From an archaeon (lineage in GTDB: Archaea; EX4484-52; WAPT01), in assembly GCA_029258795.1 (NCBI GenBank), contig JAPDKB010000008.1:80043-144042 (forward strand): 64,000 nt of DNA. Direction: 5' to 3'. The notes beneath the pieces are model-generated. The model was not told the origin of the DNA. It did no database searches and saw only the letters and a program-made list of their open reading frames with translations. Each line of letters opens with the position of its first letter. Within the stretch, counting starts at the first letter, position 1. A program made the translations under genes and the position numbers. Shown here piece by piece: positions 55,684 through 64,000 of this stretch.

Positions 55684-56880
55684 ATGTCCAACTATGGAAT
55701 TAAACTTCTGAAGGAGCTGATAAAGTTCAGAACTGAGAGCTTCAGCTACGATAAAAAGCTTGAGGAGGGTAAGGATTGTGCCGATTTCATTAAAAATGAG
55801 CTTGAGTCGCTCGGCTTCAAAACATCCCTTCTCTCCAAGCTTGAGGACAGGCCCGTTGTTGTTGGTGAGCTTGATTCTAATGCTAAAGAAACGTGCATAA
55901 TAGTTACGCATTACGACGTTGTTCCTGCGGGAGATGGTTGGAGTGTGGAGCCGTTCTCTCCTGTGGTCAGATATGGTAAGATATTCGGGAGAGGGGCGAG
56001 CGATGATAAGGGCGGGATAGCTGCTTTCCTGCATGCCATGAAGGAGATTCAGGATGGGAAAGAGGAAATGGAATTCAATGTGAGGTTCATCTGCACTGGT
56101 GATGAGGAGCTAGGCAGCCACGCTGGGCTGAGGTGGATCGCTTCCTCCAGCCATAAAAACCTGCTTGAAGGAGATGTTGCCTACATTCTGGATGTCTCCA
56201 CCTCCTGCATAAGCGTTGGATGTTCGACCAGCGTTACAGGCATGATTGAGGTCAATGGCAAGCAGGGGCATGCCGCCTATCCTTTCAGATGTAAGAACGC
56301 TGCTGAGCACGCCATTCTCCTTGCTTCAAAGCTCATTGATTTTGGGAAGAGGGAAGGAGAGCATGTATCCTCCCGCTTCAAAGCCACTCCAAATCCTGTA
56401 AACAAGATGATATGGAACAGGTTTTCTGTCACAGTCCTCAAAAGCGGGGAAAAGCCGAATGTTATTCCGGGGAGAGCAACAATAAAGTTCAACTGGAGGT
56501 TGATTCCTGAAGAGGATTTTGATGAGAGGAAAAAGGAGCTGGAAAAGGAGTTTGAGGGGTGGAAAGATGAGCTCGGGGTTGATGCCTCTCTCGCTTTTAA
56601 CGAGCCGTTTTTGGGATATGGGGTTGAGGAAGACAACAAATATGTTAAAAGATTGAAGGACGTTGTTGCTGATCTGGATGCATCAAGAGCTCTGTGCGGG
56701 GTTGAGTTTGGTGCGACAGATGGCTCCTTCCTTCACCACATGGCTGGGCTTCCAGCCATAGGTTTTGGTCCAATGGATGAGGACTGTAATTTTCACGGTG
56801 TGGATGAGTTCATGCGAGTGGAAACAATGACTCTCGTGAAACAAGTTCTAAAAAGGTTTCTGGCTAAAGATTTTGAATGA
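55684..56880 (+). CDS. M20 peptidase (DapE/ArgE-like)
   Basis: HYDVVP, GRGASDDKG, DEE, GHAA and H..DE. Confidence 0.9.
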   Translation: MSNYGIKLLKELIKFRTESFSYDKKLEEGKDCADFIKNELESLGFKTSLLSKLEDRPVVVGELDSNAKETCIIVTHYDVVPAGDGWSVEPFSPVVRYGKIFGRGASDDKGGIAAFLHAMKEIQDGKEEMEFNVRFICTGDEELGSHAGLRWIASSSHKNLLEGDVAYILDVSTSCISVGCSTSVTGMIEVNGKQGHAAYPFRCKNAAEHAILLASKLIDFGKREGEHVSSRFKATPNPVNKMIWNRFSVTVLKSGEKPNVIPGRATIKFNWRLIPEEDFDERKKELEKEFEGWKDELGVDASLAFNEPFLGYGVEEDNKYVKRLKDVVADLDASRALCGVEFGATDGSFLHHMAGLPAIGFGPMDEDCNFHGVDEFMRVETMTLVKQVLKRFLAKDFE

Positions 56881-58127
56881 TGATTTCAGATCTCATTTTC
56901 TGGGGAGTGTATGCTCTCCTTACCTACTGTGCCGTCTTCCTGCTTCTCACTCTCCTTTCCAAAGCCAGAAAGATTGAGCTGAAAAAATGGGAGGACTGGC
57001 CAGCAGTAACTGTCATCATCCCCGCTTACAATGAAGAGAAAACGATTGCCAAGACCATAGAATCTGTGCTCAAGCTGGACTATCCGAAGGAAAAGCTGAA
57101 GGTAATCGTTGTGAACGATGGCTCGAAGGACAGAACTCTGGAGATAGCGAGGAGGTATGAGGAGAATGGGGTGTTGGTGCTCAGCCAGAAAAACAGGGGT
57201 AAGGCTGTAGCACTCAACCACGGGCTGAAACATGTTGACAGTGAGTTCTTTGCATGTCTTGATGCGGATTCTTTTGTGAGGAGGGACACGCTGAAGAAGA
57301 TGATGAGATATTTCACAAGTGAGGAAGTGAGTGCTGTCTGCCCCTTAATGAAGGTCAACAACCCCAAGAATCTCCTGCAAAAGCTGCAGTGGCTTGAGTA
57401 CATTCTCTATGCTTTCCTTAAGAAGATCTACGCAGCCATGAATACTGTGCACGTGACTCCCGGTCCGTTCAGCGTGTACAGAACCAAGGTTGTAAAGAAA
57501 CTCGGAGGTTTTGATGAAAACTCCATAGTGGAGGATCAGGAGATTGCGTGGAGAATGCAGAGACACCATTATACCATAAGGCAGAGTATGGATGGAGAAG
57601 TGTTAACAAACGCTCCGAGAACACTGAAGGAACTGTATAGGCAAAGGAGGAGGTGGTATGTTGGCTCCCTCCAGACCATATGGAAGTACAGAGACATGAT
57701 TTTCAACAGGAGGTATGGGGATTTTGGAATGTTTCAGGCGCCAACACTACTGATCGGGGCAGCAATACTCCCTTTTGTTACGGTGCTTATTACCTTCAGA
57801 TACATCGTGTATCCCGCTCTGAGAACATTATGGAATTGGTATCATGTGGGATTCAACATTTTACCTACTCTTCAAAATCTATGGACCAAGACAAAAGCAA
57901 TAAGCTTGCTTCTTGCCTATGATTATGGCAAGATATTTATTATTCTCTTCCTTCTTGTAATCAACATGTACTGGATGTACAAAGCTTACAGGGAAGCTGG
58001 AGAAAAACTTGAGATTTATTTTATCCCTGCTCTTGTGCTGTTTTTCCTTGCGTACTACGTACTGCTCAGCTTCATCTGGGTTGCTTCCATGATAAGCATG
58101 GTCAAAAAGAAGGGAAGATGGTGGTGA
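56877..58127 (+). CDS. Processive GT2 glycosyltransferase (PgaC/cellulose-synthase-like)
   Basis: PAYNEE, NDGSKD, LDAD, VED and QRRRW, plus TM helices. Confidence 0.9.
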   Translation: MMISDLIFWGVYALLTYCAVFLLLTLLSKARKIELKKWEDWPAVTVIIPAYNEEKTIAKTIESVLKLDYPKEKLKVIVVNDGSKDRTLEIARRYEENGVLVLSQKNRGKAVALNHGLKHVDSEFFACLDADSFVRRDTLKKMMRYFTSEEVSAVCPLMKVNNPKNLLQKLQWLEYILYAFLKKIYAAMNTVHVTPGPFSVYRTKVVKKLGGFDENSIVEDQEIAWRMQRHHYTIRQSMDGEVLTNAPRTLKELYRQRRRWYVGSLQTIWKYRDMIFNRRYGDFGMFQAPTLLIGAAILPFVTVLITFRYIVYPALRTLWNWYHVGFNILPTLQNLWTKTKAISLLLAYDYGKIFIILFLLVINMYWMYKAYREAGEKLEIYFIPALVLFFLAYYVLLSFIWVASMISMVKKKGRWW

Positions 58128-58825
58128 GTTTGAGAAAGATTGAGAAGGAGAGGTACATTGCTGCTGGAGTTATAACAGCGTTCATCTTCCTCATGGGGAT
58201 GCTTGTTGGATTGATGGCGGACATTCAAAAGGTGAATTACGCGGAAAGTGTCGTGCAGAGACAGGATGTTGAGTTCGAAAGCCTCCAGCTTCAGTATCTT
58301 TACCTTCAGTACCTTCCAAAGAAGGATGTATGTCCCGTGATAGGGAAGATTCTGGAGAACAATCTGAAGACGCTTCAGCCGATACTTGAGAAGTTGATAG
58401 AGTACGAGGAGAACAACAAGAAAGGGGGAGAGGAATACGATTTGCTAAAGAGAAAGTACATCCTTGCCAACATAAGATATTTCGTACTTGCTGAAAAGAG
58501 CAGGGAGGAATGCGATGCTGATATAGTGACCGTGCTTTATTTTTACGATAAGAACTGCGGTGTTTGTCCGACGCAGGGCTTCATCCTGAGCCATCTAAAG
58601 AGCATCCTGCAGGACAGGTTTCTGGTGTTTCCTTTTGATGCCAGCTATGATAAGGAGCCCATGATAAACGTGCTGGTGACGCAGTACAACGTTACAGTTT
58701 TTCCCACTCTCGTTATCAACGGTAAAGAGCGGGTGGAAGGTTTCAGAACGGAGAAGGAAATACTTGAGCTTGTATGTCCTCTCTATAAGGAAAAACCGGC
58801 AATATGTGAAGGTGTTGAAGAATGA
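58118..58825 (+). CDS. Membrane-anchored thioredoxin-fold protein
   Basis: N-terminal TM, YFY..NCGVC and FPTLVING. Confidence 0.75.
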   Translation: MVVSLRKIEKERYIAAGVITAFIFLMGMLVGLMADIQKVNYAESVVQRQDVEFESLQLQYLYLQYLPKKDVCPVIGKILENNLKTLQPILEKLIEYEENNKKGGEEYDLLKRKYILANIRYFVLAEKSREECDADIVTVLYFYDKNCGVCPTQGFILSHLKSILQDRFLVFPFDASYDKEPMINVLVTQYNVTVFPTLVINGKERVEGFRTEKEILELVCPLYKEKPAICEGVEE

Positions 58826-60189
58826 TAGATAGGTATGGTGCTTTTTTCATCGTTGTTCTTGTGTTTCTGTGCATTTCATGGAAAGCTTATGCCCTTGTGG
58901 GAACACCGTGGTGGGATGAATGTGTTTATATGGGGCTTGCGAAGAACATTGTGGAGAGGCACGCATTCGAGATAAATCTTTTTCATCAGGAAGCTTTCAG
59001 ACCTCCGCTTTATCCTTTCTTGCTTGCAATCCTTTACCTTCTTTTCGGTTTCTCCATAAAGTTGGCATATCTATTCAACCTGCTGATCGTGCTGATGGCA
59101 TCATTCGTCATCTATGAGATTGCAAGAAGATGCTGGAATGATATCGTTGCGCTGCTTTCCCTTTTCCTGTTCTTTTCCTTCAGGGAGCTTCTGTTCTGGA
59201 GCACCAAAGCTCTTGCTGAGCCGCTGGAGATTTTGCTTGTCAGTGTCTTTCTTTTTGTCTGGATGTGCGTGGATGATGAAAAGAAAAAGCTTGTGCTGCT
59301 TCCTGTTTCAACGCTCGCGTTTTTGTCAAAGTACACTCTGGGCTCGCTTTATCCGCTGCTCTTTATCCTGATCATGGTTGAAAATCGTGTCAGAAGCTGG
59401 CTGCTCTCGAGAAAGTTCTGGTACAGCGTGATAATCTCCTTTTTAATTCTTCTGTCCTGGATGTTTCACAGCATCGCGGTTTACGGCAGTCCTGTTGGTT
59501 CTGCAACCTACAATCTCCACATAGTCAATGAGATTACCGAGCAGAAACCCTGGAACTACTATTTTCTCAACTTCTACAACATTTTCTGGATACACGGTCT
59601 GATCTTTCTGGCTGGAGCAGCTTACCTCATCTACAGAAAAGATAGGGAGGTAATTGCTCCGATTTTATGGTTCGTGCTTTACTTCCTGCTGATGAGCTTC
59701 ATTGTGGGTGAGAAGAACTACAGGTACCTGCTTCCTCTTTTGCCTTCTGTGGTGCTGGTGTCAGCTAGGTTTATGGAGAGGATGGGAAGTTCAAATGGGA
59801 TGATGAGGGCGGTGTGCCTTACACTTATTGCCTGTATCTTCGTTTCTTCATTAAGTTATGCTGTGTCCGTGGCCTATACGAACAAAACTGCCCGAAGCGA
59901 GATGCTGGAAATTGCTGAGCTGATCAGAAACGGCAAAGCTGGTAGCGTGATGTCGTCCAACTACCCGATCTATAACCTTCTTACAGGCAGAAAGGTCATC
60001 TATTTTCCACAAGATGACTGGGCGATGGACGAGTTCATAGAGAGATACAACGTGAGCTATGTCGTTGTGGATAGCTGCGAATACAAACCGGATTGGGTTG
60101 AAAGGTATGTGGAGGAGCATCCAGATATTTTTGTGAAGGTTTATGAAAAGGAGGGGTGGTGTAAGGTTGAGCTTTATCAGATAAAGTAA
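58822..60189 (+). CDS. GT-C fold glycosyltransferase (PMT/ArnT-like)
   Basis: WDE..Y, RPPLYP, KY and RYLLP, with many TM helices. Confidence 0.82.
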   Translation: MIDRYGAFFIVVLVFLCISWKAYALVGTPWWDECVYMGLAKNIVERHAFEINLFHQEAFRPPLYPFLLAILYLLFGFSIKLAYLFNLLIVLMASFVIYEIARRCWNDIVALLSLFLFFSFRELLFWSTKALAEPLEILLVSVFLFVWMCVDDEKKKLVLLPVSTLAFLSKYTLGSLYPLLFILIMVENRVRSWLLSRKFWYSVIISFLILLSWMFHSIAVYGSPVGSATYNLHIVNEITEQKPWNYYFLNFYNIFWIHGLIFLAGAAYLIYRKDREVIAPILWFVLYFLLMSFIVGEKNYRYLLPLLPSVVLVSARFMERMGSSNGMMRAVCLTLIACIFVSSLSYAVSVAYTNKTARSEMLEIAELIRNGKAGSVMSSNYPIYNLLTGRKVIYFPQDDWAMDEFIERYNVSYVVVDSCEYKPDWVERYVEEHPDIFVKVYEKEGWCKVELYQIK

Positions 60190-61433
60190 TGCGGTACAAA
60201 AGCCACTTTTGTGCCGTGTATGGTTTTGGTTGTGAACTCTTTATCTGTAAAGATCACACCTCTCTCAGGTCTGTAGGTCTTGATGAAACTCGTGAAGCTT
60301 CTCCCCACACTTGTGGTACGCGTCTTTACCTCGCATGGTACAATCATTCCATTCATGGTAATGATGAAGTCCACCTCCGCCTTGCCGGTGGTGCGCCAGT
60401 ACTTTGTCTCGGCTTCCAGACCTCTGCGTAACTCGTTGTGAATGAAGTTCTCAAGCAGCTTCCCTATATCATCCCTGACATCCATTCCATGAAAATTGTT
60501 GAGCAGAGCATTTCTGAGACCGAGATCAATGAAGTACAGTTTTTTTGATTTTCTTAACTCAGTTTTCATGGATCTTCTGAATGGATTGAGGAGCTCAATC
60601 ACATAGGTGTGATTGAGTATGGAAAGATACTTTTCAGCAGTTCTGTAATCTATATGCAAATCTTTCGACAGTGTAGTTATTTCCAGCAGTTCTGCGATGG
60701 AAGCCGCGAGGTATTTCATCAAGGTTTTGAACTTCTCGAGATGAAACACGTTGAAAAAGAAAAAAACGTCCTTTTCAAGATAGGTGATGAGCAGGTTGTG
60801 CAGAATCTCCGATTTGATAGTTTGTTCTTCTTCTTTAACAACAGCGGGATAACCACCATACACCACGTATTCATTCAGCAGTTCTATGAATTCGTTGTGA
60901 AACACAGGTGTGACGTCAATTTTCTCTGTTTCTCCTGATATGAAGTCAATAAACGCTTTTCTGTACTCTCTGAATATTTTGTGGAGGTCTTTCGCGCGCC
61001 ACATGAGAAATTCCTCAAAATCAAGCGGGTATAGCTCGAAATAGCACGATCTCCCCACCAGATACTTTCCAACCTCCACCTTTATGTCGAACGATCCAGA
61101 GCCTGTGACCACCAGCTTCAACCTTTCCTTATGGAGATCGTAGAGAAGCTTGAGTATTTTTCCTATTTTTTTCGAGTACTGCGCTTCATCGAGAAAAAGG
61201 TATGTTTTTTTCTCATTTTCTAAAAACCTCTCGATGAAGAGCTTTGGATTATTTTCAAGAGAGTTCAGCACTTCCTCATCCTCGAGGGTCAGATAGGTTC
61301 CTCCGTACTTTTCCTTGAGGTGTAACAAAAGAGTGGTCTTTCCGGCCTGCCTCGGACCCTTTATCAGGATCACCTCGCCTCTCTTCATCCACCTATCCAA
61401 TTTTTCTTCTATTTTTCTTGGATACCACTCCAT
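60177..61433 (-). CDS. AAA_14 ATPase with DUF4143 domain
   Basis: GPRQAGKTT, LDEAQ, TGS, YGGYP, KLYFIDLG and EVDF..EVK. Confidence 0.9.
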   Translation of the reverse strand: MEWYPRKIEEKLDRWMKRGEVILIKGPRQAGKTTLLLHLKEKYGGTYLTLEDEEVLNSLENNPKLFIERFLENEKKTYLFLDEAQYSKKIGKILKLLYDLHKERLKLVVTGSGSFDIKVEVGKYLVGRSCYFELYPLDFEEFLMWRAKDLHKIFREYRKAFIDFISGETEKIDVTPVFHNEFIELLNEYVVYGGYPAVVKEEEQTIKSEILHNLLITYLEKDVFFFFNVFHLEKFKTLMKYLAASIAELLEITTLSKDLHIDYRTAEKYLSILNHTYVIELLNPFRRSMKTELRKSKKLYFIDLGLRNALLNNFHGMDVRDDIGKLLENFIHNELRRGLEAETKYWRTTGKAEVDFIITMNGMIVPCEVKTRTTSVGRSFTSFIKTYRPERGVIFTDKEFTTKTIHGTKVAFVPHYFI

Positions 61434-61583
61434 GAATAATAGAATTATTTTTGGAGTTTATAAATGTTTCACACCTTCAGAAGAAATTACATTTTGATGT
61501 AATAACATCTGGAATTTAATTACATCGTAATGCAACAATTTCTTGGAACGTTAGAATCAGAATCATTCTCAAAAACAAAATGT

Positions 61584-61605
61584 AAAAAAGGAGCCGAAGG
61601 CTCCT
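61584..61605 (-). terminator. Hairpin plus U-tract terminator after the S-layer gene
   Basis: Minus strand AGGAGCC-TTC-GGCTCCT-TTTTT. Confidence 0.75.
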
Positions 61606-61623
61606 AAATTCTTTTCTTCAGGT

Positions 61624-64000
61624 TTACTCGCTGGTCTCGCCCTCAGCAGCCTCCTCCTCAGCCGGGAACGGGTACTCAAAGTCCGCTAGTTCTCCGTTCA
61701 CCAGCATCTTGGCAGTGCCGCTGAGCTCCTCAGTAGCGAGCTTGAGGCATGCAGCCCTTGTGTCGTCAGCGCTCCATCCTGCAACCACTATCGCAACCTT
61801 GTCACCGCCGAATGGGTTGTCTATTGCCTGTATTATTGCCTTACCCTGGAGCTTGGCCTGCCATTCCTCGAATGTCGGTGTCTTGCCTGCCTGTGCAAGC
61901 TCTGCCACGAGCTGGTTGGCTGCCGGACCACCAACCAGTATTATGTTCTTTGCACCCTTGTACTGGCTTGCCTCTGTATCAAGAGCTGCTATTCCAGTTC
62001 CAGCCAGTGCTGGGAATGTCATCTCGGCAGCTCCGGTGCTCACAGTTCCACCGAACTGTGGATCAGGTCCTATAGCGACAGTGTAGTACACCTGCTCATC
62101 CGGGTACATTATTGTTACTTCTCCCTGATCTTCAGTGTCAACCTTTATGTAGGTACCCCACCTCGTCAGCCCGCTCTTTATGTCGTCGTCGCTTTCCCAA
62201 GTTTCAAACCCGCCGTTAAGTGGCGGATTGGTTGAGAGCACTGGAGCACCGACAAATGTTTCGTAAACCGGTTCCTGAACTTCGACCTGCTTGTCATCGC
62301 CGTTGTCGTACCATACAGGTACGAGCACTGCTCCCTTGTTCTCGTCGTCGTCCTTCTCCTCTATTATCAGGATTCCTGCCTGTAGGTTGTCCTTGCCCAA
62401 GATTTTGATGGTGCCATCACTATTAACAGTATAAATCACGCTACAGTACGGTGCATTACTGCTTTCATTTTTCCACTCTGTTCCATCATATACGTACTTA
62501 CAGTTTCCTGGAAGCACCACAGTATCTCCATTCTGTGGTGTTCCGCCAACCGTATTATTAAGCTCTATATCCTTCACAAACGCGAGCTCCTCACCCTTCC
62601 TGAGCTTTATCGTCGGGAACACCTTGATCTCGTCTGCATCATTGCGTTTTACGCTTACTTTTTTCTCGCCCTCGTCTATTGTGAAGTTGTACTCGTACCC
62701 GTCGATCACCTTAACCTCCCAGTTGTCATCGCCGTAATCGATTTCATAGGTTGTGCCTGTGAGCACATCCTCAAGCTCCAGTTCGTCATCGCTGGTATCG
62801 ATGTCCTTCACCTTCAGGATGTGTGCGAAATCGCCGTCCTTCTGAGAAATCACGAGGTAACCGTCCTCTGGTATCTCCTCGCCCTCATATGTCATTATTT
62901 GCTCTTTATCGTCGTTGAGAAGGTCCACGTCACTCTCGCCAGATTTGTGGTATGCAAACGTTACGGTCTTCGTGTTTCCTCTCTTGTCTGTGAATTTCAC
63001 TGTTGCTTTATCGTCTCCAGAGGTGCTGACCGCTATCTCATCTGCAGTGGGTAGCACTTCTGCGGTGTTGTCCTTGAACTTGACCTTGAAACCGAACACG
63101 GGATCTACGAACTCACCACCCATCGGGATGTAGTCTTCGTCATCACTTGGTGCAGTGACCTTTATCTCTATTCTGGATACTGGGCTTCCATCGTGTGGCG
63201 TTATTGTCACATGCGTCCCATCCACCGTATCCTCATCCTTTCCGACTTTCACGGCAGAATCGTCCTCCAATATAATCTTCTTTGTACCGACTGTCAGCAC
63301 AACGTTACCTGTCTCCTCTGGAACCTTGTACAGGTTGATCTCCTTGACATGGAACACCACATCCCCTATTGTTATATCGTCTCCTTCTTCCTTTGTATAA
63401 CTCTTGCCGTTTATCACGATGGTTGCTGATGGTGTCTCACTTATACCTGTAACGCTCACGGTGTATTCCTTTCCGTCGATTGTTACTGTTGTTTCCTGCC
63501 CTGCTGCGACTGTTACTTCCTGGGAAGCTTCATACAGGATTATGTGAGTGTTCGTGTTCTCATCATCCTGTGCTATGGTGTATTCCTTGCCGAAGAGTTT
63601 TATGGTATTTCCCTGCACCTCTTCATCGCTGAAGTTTATCTCGTCGTTGAACACAATTTTCAGGGTGTAAAGCGTCTCTGTATCGAAGTCCACATACACA
63701 ATGGGATCCATATCGGACTCGGGCTTTCCTGCAACAACCTGTGCATTACCGATATATATGTACTGGTCATAGTCATAGTCCTCTCCACTATCATCGGTCA
63801 CTGTTCCACTTGCAAGCAGGTTTGGCAGGTCATCACTTGTCAATGCTTCCTTTGCCTTGTCGATTGTGTCGAACAGATACACCTTCTCGCTCTCGGTTTC
63901 GAGAGCGACACCGTTTGTAACTTTTGTCACTTCTCCTCCTCCAGTCACTGTTGCCTCAGCTCCGTGCCTTGCCAGAGCTGCTGCAACGTTTATTGCACCA
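61624..64000 (-). CDS. S-layer protein (5' end outside window)
   Basis: Acidic beta-rich body; GAINVAAALA near the window edge; C-terminal NIILVGGPAAN..IVVAGWSADDT. Confidence 0.88.
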   Translation of the reverse strand, partial: GAINVAAALARHGAEATVTGGGEVTKVTNGVALETESEKVYLFDTIDKAKEALTSDDLPNLLASGTVTDDSGEDYDYDQYIYIGNAQVVAGKPESDMDPIVYVDFDTETLYTLKIVFNDEINFSDEEVQGNTIKLFGKEYTIAQDDENTNTHIILYEASQEVTVAAGQETTVTIDGKEYTVSVTGISETPSATIVINGKSYTKEEGDDITIGDVVFHVKEINLYKVPEETGNVVLTVGTKKIILEDDSAVKVGKDEDTVDGTHVTITPHDGSPVSRIEIKVTAPSDDEDYIPMGGEFVDPVFGFKVKFKDNTAEVLPTADEIAVSTSGDDKATVKFTDKRGNTKTVTFAYHKSGESDVDLLNDDKEQIMTYEGEEIPEDGYLVISQKDGDFAHILKVKDIDTSDDELELEDVLTGTTYEIDYGDDNWEVKVIDGYEYNFTIDEGEKKVSVKRNDADEIKVFPTIKLRKGEELAFVKDIELNNTVGGTPQNGDTVVLPGNCKYVYDGTEWKNESSNAPYCSVIYTVNSDGTIKILGKDNLQAGILIIEEKDDDENKGAVLVPVWYDNGDDKQVEVQEPVYETFVGAPVLSTNPPLNGGFETWESDDDIKSGLTRWGTYIKVDTEDQGEVTIMYPDEQVYYTVAIGPDPQFGGTVSTGAAEMTFPALAGTGIAALDTEASQYKGAKNIILVGGPAANQLVAELAQAGKTPTFEEWQAKLQGKAIIQAIDNPFGGDKVAIVVAGWSADDTRAACLKLATEELSGTAKMLVNGELADFEYPFPAEEEAAEGETSE

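Noticed and set aside
61486-61503. ATTACAT-TTTG-ATGTAAT inverted repeat upstream of the AAA_14 ATPase gene
   Set aside because: A short AT-rich palindrome that may be an operator but has no independent support.

Overview
Archaeal chromosomal segment, most likely from a DPANN lineage, given the single fused PriS-PriL primase, GGTGA/GAGGTG ribosome-binding sites and many leaderless genes. The Lys/Glu-rich proteins suggest a thermophile. Housekeeping content includes PINA, Lhr plus metallophosphoesterase, FEN1, thermosome, aEF-1beta, an OBG-family NTPase, RtcB, archease, SAM synthetase and an S-layer protein. Metabolism is richer than expected for DPANN: pyrB/pyrI/pyrF/pyrH, hps/phi, ribose-1,5-bisphosphate isomerase, superoxide reductase, a Tes-like tetraether lipid synthase and a complete Mrp-Mbh-type group 4 [NiFe] hydrogenase operon with pyrH inserted inside it. 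The highlights are: (1) two unlinked stand-alone phospho-Ser/Thr lyase-like genes (one LanL/LanKC-type, one HopA1-type) with no kinase, cyclase or precursor peptide nearby, preceded by similar promoter sequences; (2) a fibre-like surface-protein locus with a constant N-terminus and alternative C-terminal tips, a bacterial-type signal peptidase I, a HEPN-MNT pair and a pseudogenised second copy; (3) an AT-rich island with integron attC-like sites; (4) three tRNA genes that all carry a T-loop (59/60) intron, one of them also with an anticodon intron containing C/D-box-like motifs. All assignments come from motif recognition by eye; no database searches were run.
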